Virus record (IMG/VR): IMGVR_UViG_3300021131_000004
DNA: 20,000 bases
Origin: an uncultured virus (IMG/VR IMGVR_UViG_3300021131_000004)
Taxonomy: Duplodnaviria > Heunggongvirae > Uroviricota > Caudoviricetes
Direction: 5' to 3' (one strand)
Shown one piece after another: positions 16,496 through 20,000 of this stretch. The position numbers were made by a program, and so were the translations under genes. The notes beneath the pieces are model-generated. The model had not been told where the DNA came from. It was given only the letters and a program-made list of their open reading frames with translations, and ran no database searches. Each line of letters starts with the position of its first letter. Position 1 is the stretch's first letter.

Positions 16496-16861
16496 ATGTC
16501 AACCTCTAAATCAAATACAAAATCAGAATCAATAGCAATGGAAATCCAAGATTTTATTATCAAGCAAGTAGAAGCACAAAATGTAAAGTTAGACACTATT
16601 TTAGGTCAACAGCAGCAGATACTAATTCAGACAACTAAAACAAATGGTAGGGTAACTGCTATTGAAGAGTGGAAAGAAGGTATTGATAAAAGTCATTCAG
16701 AGGTAAATACGGTAGTAGGAGACATTAGAGACTATGTGAATACAAGTAAGGGAAGGGATAAGGTGATATTTCTGATTTTAATATGCCTGGGTACAATTGT
16801 TGGATTTGTTATTCAGCATTTATTATCAAATCCTGTTACTACTGCCTTTATTAAAAAATAG
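16496..16861 (+). CDS. Holin-like membrane protein (coiled coil plus C-terminal transmembrane helix), 121 aa; start may be 16538
   Basis: QTTKTNGRVTAIE coiled-coil motif of a kind recalled from small phage lysis-region proteins. Transmembrane segment VIFLILICLGTIVGFVIQHLL. First gene of the lysis cluster. Confidence 0.5.
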   Translation: MSTSKSNTKSESIAMEIQDFIIKQVEAQNVKLDTILGQQQQILIQTTKTNGRVTAIEEWKEGIDKSHSEVNTVVGDIRDYVNTSKGRDKVIFLILICLGTIVGFVIQHLLSNPVTTAFIKK

Positions 16862-16888
16862 TTTTCTTAAATATTAAATAAACCAAAC

Positions 16889-17167
16889 ATGAAAAAAGTA
16901 TTTCTATTTCTAGGGATAATTTTAATTTTATTCAGCACTAACTTATTTGCACAAACAATTCTTCAGGTACCTGGCTTTGATATTTTCGGATATTTAGTGA
17001 GTCTTATTCCTGTAAAGTATCAGCCGATTACATTGGTTATTGTAAGTACGCTTCTTTTATGGGAGCAGTTTTTAGCAAGAACTAATCTGATCAAAGCTAA
17101 TTCTACTGAGCAAATGATTACAGGTTGGATTCAATCTTTTTATAATTCTTTGAAGCCAAAACAGTAA
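16889..17167 (+). CDS. Small membrane protein, holin/antiholin candidate with signal-peptide-like N-terminus, 92 aa
   Basis: Begins MKKVFLFLGIILILFSTNLFA|Q, with further hydrophobic segments (FDIFGYLVSLIPV, ITLVIVSTLLLW) and a polar tail. Its stop overlaps the spanin start. Confidence 0.45.
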   Translation: MKKVFLFLGIILILFSTNLFAQTILQVPGFDIFGYLVSLIPVKYQPITLVIVSTLLLWEQFLARTNLIKANSTEQMITGWIQSFYNSLKPKQ

Positions 17168-17679
17168 TGAAATATTTGTTCCTTTTATTTATTTTAATTG
17201 GTTGTAATTCTGTAAAAACAACGCAGACTGCGACTAGCCAAAGTAATGATAGTACAGGGACAAATATTAACAGGTCTATTCAGCATAGTAACGAAGATAA
17301 CTTGAATATAAAAAAGGATGATGGTACTTGGACGAGAACTATTACCTATCCTCCTGCTGCAAGTTTACATTCTTTTCCTACTCAGGGCATAGTAGTAACT
17401 GAAACGGGAACATATAATAGGGATGAAGTGATTAAGACACACAAGGATTCTTACAATGAGTTTGATGTGTACAGGCATTACAACATTTACCATAATATAA
17501 ATGTTACCACTACGACAACTGAAAAAAAAAGATTCTCTTGGTTACCTTTTCTCTTTTTATCCATCGGAGGCATTGCCGCTTTTTTGGCTACTAGAGTTCC
17601 ATTGATAGTTGCTCTTATCATGCAGATTATTAAATTCGTCATTTCAAATTTTAAAAACCATAAAAATAAAACAACATGA
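17167..17679 (+). CDS. Unimolecular spanin (u-spanin)-like lipoprotein, 170 aa
   Basis: Lipoprotein signal MKYLFLLFILIG|C, Thr/Ser-rich beta-prone middle, C-terminal hydrophobic span (WLPFLFLSIGGIAAFLA...) and basic tail. This is the T1 gp11-type architecture, located in a lysis cluster. Confidence 0.7.
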   Translation: MKYLFLLFILIGCNSVKTTQTATSQSNDSTGTNINRSIQHSNEDNLNIKKDDGTWTRTITYPPAASLHSFPTQGIVVTETGTYNRDEVIKTHKDSYNEFDVYRHYNIYHNINVTTTTTEKKRFSWLPFLFLSIGGIAAFLATRVPLIVALIMQIIKFVISNFKNHKNKTT

Positions 17680-18161
17680 GCTTTAATCTTAAATCATGGA
17701 TTCAATCAGTAGAGGCAAAAGCCGCTGCTTTATTTACATCAGTAGGAATGGAATTGAAAACAGTTCTTTTACCTGCTGCTATCAGAGTAACAAATGCATT
17801 GAAGACAATCACAGACCTAGATGGTTTGGATGTTATCGGTCATTTGATTGGTGCAGCCGGTCCTGCTGCGGAAGAAAAAGTAAAAGCTGCATTGCCTACG
17901 GTGATTGCGGATCTTCAGTTAGCACAGGCATTTTTAGCATCTAATCCAACACCAGAGGATTTGATTAACAAAGTAGTTAGTATTGCTGTAGGCTTAACAG
18001 GTAATGCGAGAACGGCATTCTTGATTGAGTTTAGTGGACGATTAGCTACTGAGTTAGCGAATGGTAAATTGACTGTACAAGAAAGTATCTTGCTGAGTCA
18101 GGATTTATACACACAGTTAAAAGTTCCGGCACCTGCTCCTGTAGCTACTCCGGCAGCATAA
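17676..18161 (+). CDS. Hypothetical Ala/Leu-rich amphipathic helical protein, 161 aa
   Basis: ATGA overlap with the spanin stop. Ends in a PAPAPVATPAA tail and is followed by a hairpin. Confidence 0.7.
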   Translation: MSFNLKSWIQSVEAKAAALFTSVGMELKTVLLPAAIRVTNALKTITDLDGLDVIGHLIGAAGPAAEEKVKAALPTVIADLQLAQAFLASNPTPEDLINKVVSIAVGLTGNARTAFLIEFSGRLATELANGKLTVQESILLSQDLYTQLKVPAPAPVATPAA

Positions 18162-18171
18162 AATAATTTTC

Positions 18172-18210
18172 TTAATGGGCATTCACTTTGGATGCCCATT
18201 AATAATTTTT
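18172..18210 (+). terminator. Intrinsic terminator-like hairpin within the lysis module
   Basis: TTAATGGGCAT (18172-18182) / ATGCCCATTAA (18192-18202) form a perfect 11-bp stem extended by T-G and C-G pairs, with a 5-nt loop, followed by TAATTTTT. Confidence 0.65.
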
Positions 18211-18223
18211 AAAAACAAAAGAG

Positions 18224-18421
18224 ATGGCAACTAGCAAAAAAAGTACCTCATTATCTCCCAAGGAAAATATGAGTACATCGGTCAGAAAAATTGAAAACGG
18301 ATTCTTAGTATCTCAATCAGGTACAACAGGATCAGGCAGAAATCAGAAGTGGGTAGAGAAGCAATTCTTTTCACCTACAGACCCATTAAAAGGCATTACA
18401 GCCCCTAAAGGAAAAAGATAA
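18224..18421 (+). CDS. Small basic hypothetical protein, 65 aa
   Basis: A-rich start context (aaaacaaaagagATG). Contains SVRKIENGFLVS, a predicted beta-hairpin. Its stop overlaps the endolysin start by 1 nt. Confidence 0.65.
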   Translation: MATSKKSTSLSPKENMSTSVRKIENGFLVSQSGTTGSGRNQKWVEKQFFSPTDPLKGITAPKGKR

Positions 18422-18960
18422 TGGCAAACTACGATTTATACTTTCCTCTTGAAGTTCAAGAAGAGGGTTCGAAATACGAGCAAGTACCTGGTGATACAGG
18501 GGGCTGCACAAAATTTGGCTTAACGCTAGATGATTTAAAAGAGGCCCATTTTGATTCTAATCACGATGGAACTTTTAGTTGTGATGATGTGGCTGCATTA
18601 GACAGGCCAAGTGCTTATAAAATACTGAAGCAATTGTATTGGGATTATTTCAGGGCAGATGAAATTCCTGATCAGGATTTAGCGGAGTTTATTGTGGATG
18701 GAGGATTGAATCAAGGAAGAGTTTTAATAGTAAAATACATTCAATCAATTATAGGCGTAACAGTAGACGGTCATTACGGTCCTAATACATTTGCTCAACT
18801 GATTGCCGATATCAAGCTAGATGGCGGCAAAAATGAATTTGATGCACTTTATAAGGATAGACAGGATAGATATAATGCAATTGTAGCCAACAACCCTACT
18901 CAAAAGCAATTCCTTAACGGTTGGATGAATCGATTAAACGCAATAAAATACGAATCATGA
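18421..18960 (+). CDS. Endolysin, glycoside hydrolase family 108 with C-terminal peptidoglycan-binding (PG_binding_3-like) domain, 179 aa
   Basis: EEGSKY...DTGGCTKFGLT matches the GH108 EGG-Y...DxGGxTxxGI(T) pattern. Also YW, DGGLNQG, VDGHYGPNT and the C-terminal QKQFLNGWMNRL. No signal peptide. Confidence 0.9.
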   Translation: MANYDLYFPLEVQEEGSKYEQVPGDTGGCTKFGLTLDDLKEAHFDSNHDGTFSCDDVAALDRPSAYKILKQLYWDYFRADEIPDQDLAEFIVDGGLNQGRVLIVKYIQSIIGVTVDGHYGPNTFAQLIADIKLDGGKNEFDALYKDRQDRYNAIVANNPTQKQFLNGWMNRLNAIKYES

Positions 18961-19550
18961 AAAAATTATTAGCACTTTTAACGGTACTAATTTTAGTACT
19001 ATCTTTTACATTACCGCCACAACAACAGGTGGTAAAATACAATGGGTATACATCTTATTTTAATTTAAAGACATTGATACCAGATAGCGTGACCTGGAAA
19101 ATAACTCAGGTTCATTTAACTGGTCATAAGACACCTAGGACGAATCAATTTCATTCTACAGGTGGCAGACAAAATTTAAAAAGGGATTACGAAAATTCAG
19201 GTTATGATCAAGGTCACAATTCACCTTATGATGATAATTATTGGAGTGATTCAGCGGAGTATCAATGCTTCGATTATGCGAATATGTTTCCTCAGCGTCA
19301 TTTATTAAACGCACAGACTTGGGAGCGATTAGAAGATTATAGTAGACACTTAGCACTTCAGTATGGTCATGTCAATGTAAAGACAAGTTGGAGTGGTGTA
19401 GATAAAAAAATTGGTGTAGATAGTGTTGTTGTACCTTTGTATTGTATTAAAGAACTTTGGTACGACAATAACAAGTACGAAAAATATGTGATGCCAAATA
19501 AGGACACCTGCATAAGGCATCCCTTCACTTACTACTCAGTTAAAAAATAA
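18957..19550 (+). CDS. Exported DNA/RNA non-specific endonuclease (Serratia/NucA beta-beta-alpha-Me family), 197 aa (start revised from 18921)
   Basis: ATG at 18957 overlaps the endolysin stop (ATGA) and gives the hydrophobic leader MKKLLALLTVLILVLSF. DYENSGYDQGH matches the DRGH motif, and NMFPQ...LN...WERLE matches the second family motif. Confidence 0.9.
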   Translation: MKKLLALLTVLILVLSFTLPPQQQVVKYNGYTSYFNLKTLIPDSVTWKITQVHLTGHKTPRTNQFHSTGGRQNLKRDYENSGYDQGHNSPYDDNYWSDSAEYQCFDYANMFPQRHLLNAQTWERLEDYSRHLALQYGHVNVKTSWSGVDKKIGVDSVVVPLYCIKELWYDNNKYEKYVMPNKDTCIRHPFTYYSVKK

Positions 19551-19600
19551 TTTCCATTGGAATAATCGAGCAGTTGTTTTCATAGTTTGTTTTATGGAAC

Positions 19601-19643
19601 TGCCCGGATGGTGTCTCTACACTTAGTCCGGGTATTTTTTTTT
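19601..19643 (+). terminator. Terminator at the end of the late operon and strand-convergence point
   Basis: TGCCCGGA (19601-19608) pairs with TCCGGGTA (19627-19634), with an inner stem GTGT/ACAC around CTCT, followed by nine T residues. Confidence 0.75.
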
Positions 19644-19765
19644 AAATGAAAGAACCGAACAGAGGTCTTGGGGCTACCAAGCACATATTCGATTCTTTCT
19701 CCTTGAAAACTGATAAATATTACAGGATAAACTCAAGTACTGATTTTGAAACTCCTGTAATGAGG

Positions 19766-19882
19766 TTAATAATCTTCATGTGTTTCATCGAGCCAATCTG
19801 CTATTGCTTTAAAAACAAGAAGAAATTTATATAAAAAGTATACTAATGGAATGAGAATAATTAAGATGATAATTAATTTCAT
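19766..19882 (-). CDS. Small single-transmembrane hypothetical protein, 38 aa (MKLIIILIILIPLVYFLYKFLLVFKAIADWLDETHEDY)
   Basis: Translated by hand; it is absent from the ORF track. Its ATG overlaps the TGA of the upstream minus-strand ORF. Hydrophobic N-terminus and acidic tail. Confidence 0.45.
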   Translation of the reverse strand: MKLIIILIILIPLVYFLYKFLLVFKAIADWLDETHEDY

Positions 19883-19998
19883 TTCATTTTTTTAAGTTTG
19901 GATTGATATTGTTTCTTTACCGCAACTGCTGCTACATAAGCATCTTCGTAACTGTCGTATTTATCAATTTTATCACCTTCGCAAAATCTAAGACCATT
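19879..19998 (-). CDS. 3' end of a minus-strand hypothetical gene truncated by the window edge
   Basis: Open frame ...NGLRFCEGDKIDKYDSYEDAYVAAVAVKKQYQSKLKKMK* runs from the window end to TGA at 19881-19879. Confidence 0.5.
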   Translation of the reverse strand, partial: NGLRFCEGDKIDKYDSYEDAYVAAVAVKKQYQSKLKKMK

Positions 19999-20000
19999 GA

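Noticed and set aside
15842..17944. Out-of-frame + strand ORFs 15842..16105 and 17696..17944 (the latter considered as an embedded o-spanin)
   Set aside because: Both are nested in better genes and have Cys/Arg-rich shadow composition with no lipobox or hydrophobic leader. A u-spanin candidate already exists.
18921..18956. Track start (TTG) at 18921 for the nuclease
   Set aside because: The ATG at 18957 gives an ATGA coupling with the endolysin and a clean leader.
158..19356. Minus-strand ORFs in the track (158..496, 333..515, 1931..2122, 6639..6827, 8305..8505, 8947..9441, 9475..9834, 9961..10143, 11261..11569, 11828..12046, 15647..15835, 19156..19356)
   Set aside because: All lie antisense to long coherent + strand genes and show no recognisable motifs; several simply mirror Thr/Gly/Ser codon bias.
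11..19550. Stop-codon reassignment as in some crAss-like phages
   Set aside because: Genes tile densely under code 11. TAG (3907, 16861) and TGA (10504, 17679, 18960) sit at sensible gene ends.
19646..19834. + strand 62-aa ORF
   Set aside because: It starts immediately after a strong + strand terminator, overlaps a more plausible minus-strand gene and has no recognisable features.
1..20000. CRISPR array, tRNA, integrase/att site or invertible segment
   Set aside because: I saw no regularly spaced nucleotide repeats, cloverleaf, recombinase or flanking inverted repeats, and intergenic gaps are short.

Overview
This window is the late (structural and lysis) region of a tailed dsDNA phage, most likely a crAss-like phage of an environmental Bacteroidetes host. 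Family calls rest on motifs I recognise by eye and on gene order; no searches were run. From 11 to 19550 every credible gene is on the + strand. The order is: probable major capsid protein; the conserved crAss-like protein that usually follows it; two tandem paralogues; an intrinsic terminator; a 950-aa Cys-rich protein; a tail ring-type protein; a putative fibre anchor; five fibre/adhesin-like or accessory genes; then a lysis module (two holin-like proteins, a u-spanin-like lipoprotein, a GH108 endolysin) and an exported Serratia/NucA-type nuclease. After a hairpin at about 19600 the coding strand switches. The most striking observation is that all five consecutive fibre-cluster genes (8366-16428), including a peptidase-S74 chaperone-type tail fibre, begin with Bacteroidetes Sec/SPI-type signal peptides followed by Gln, whereas the capsid, ring and anchor proteins have none. 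This suggests exported phage fibres that may be assembled outside the cytoplasm. The fibre genes also share interchangeable sequence modules. The standard genetic code fits, and I saw no tRNA, CRISPR array, integrase or DGR.
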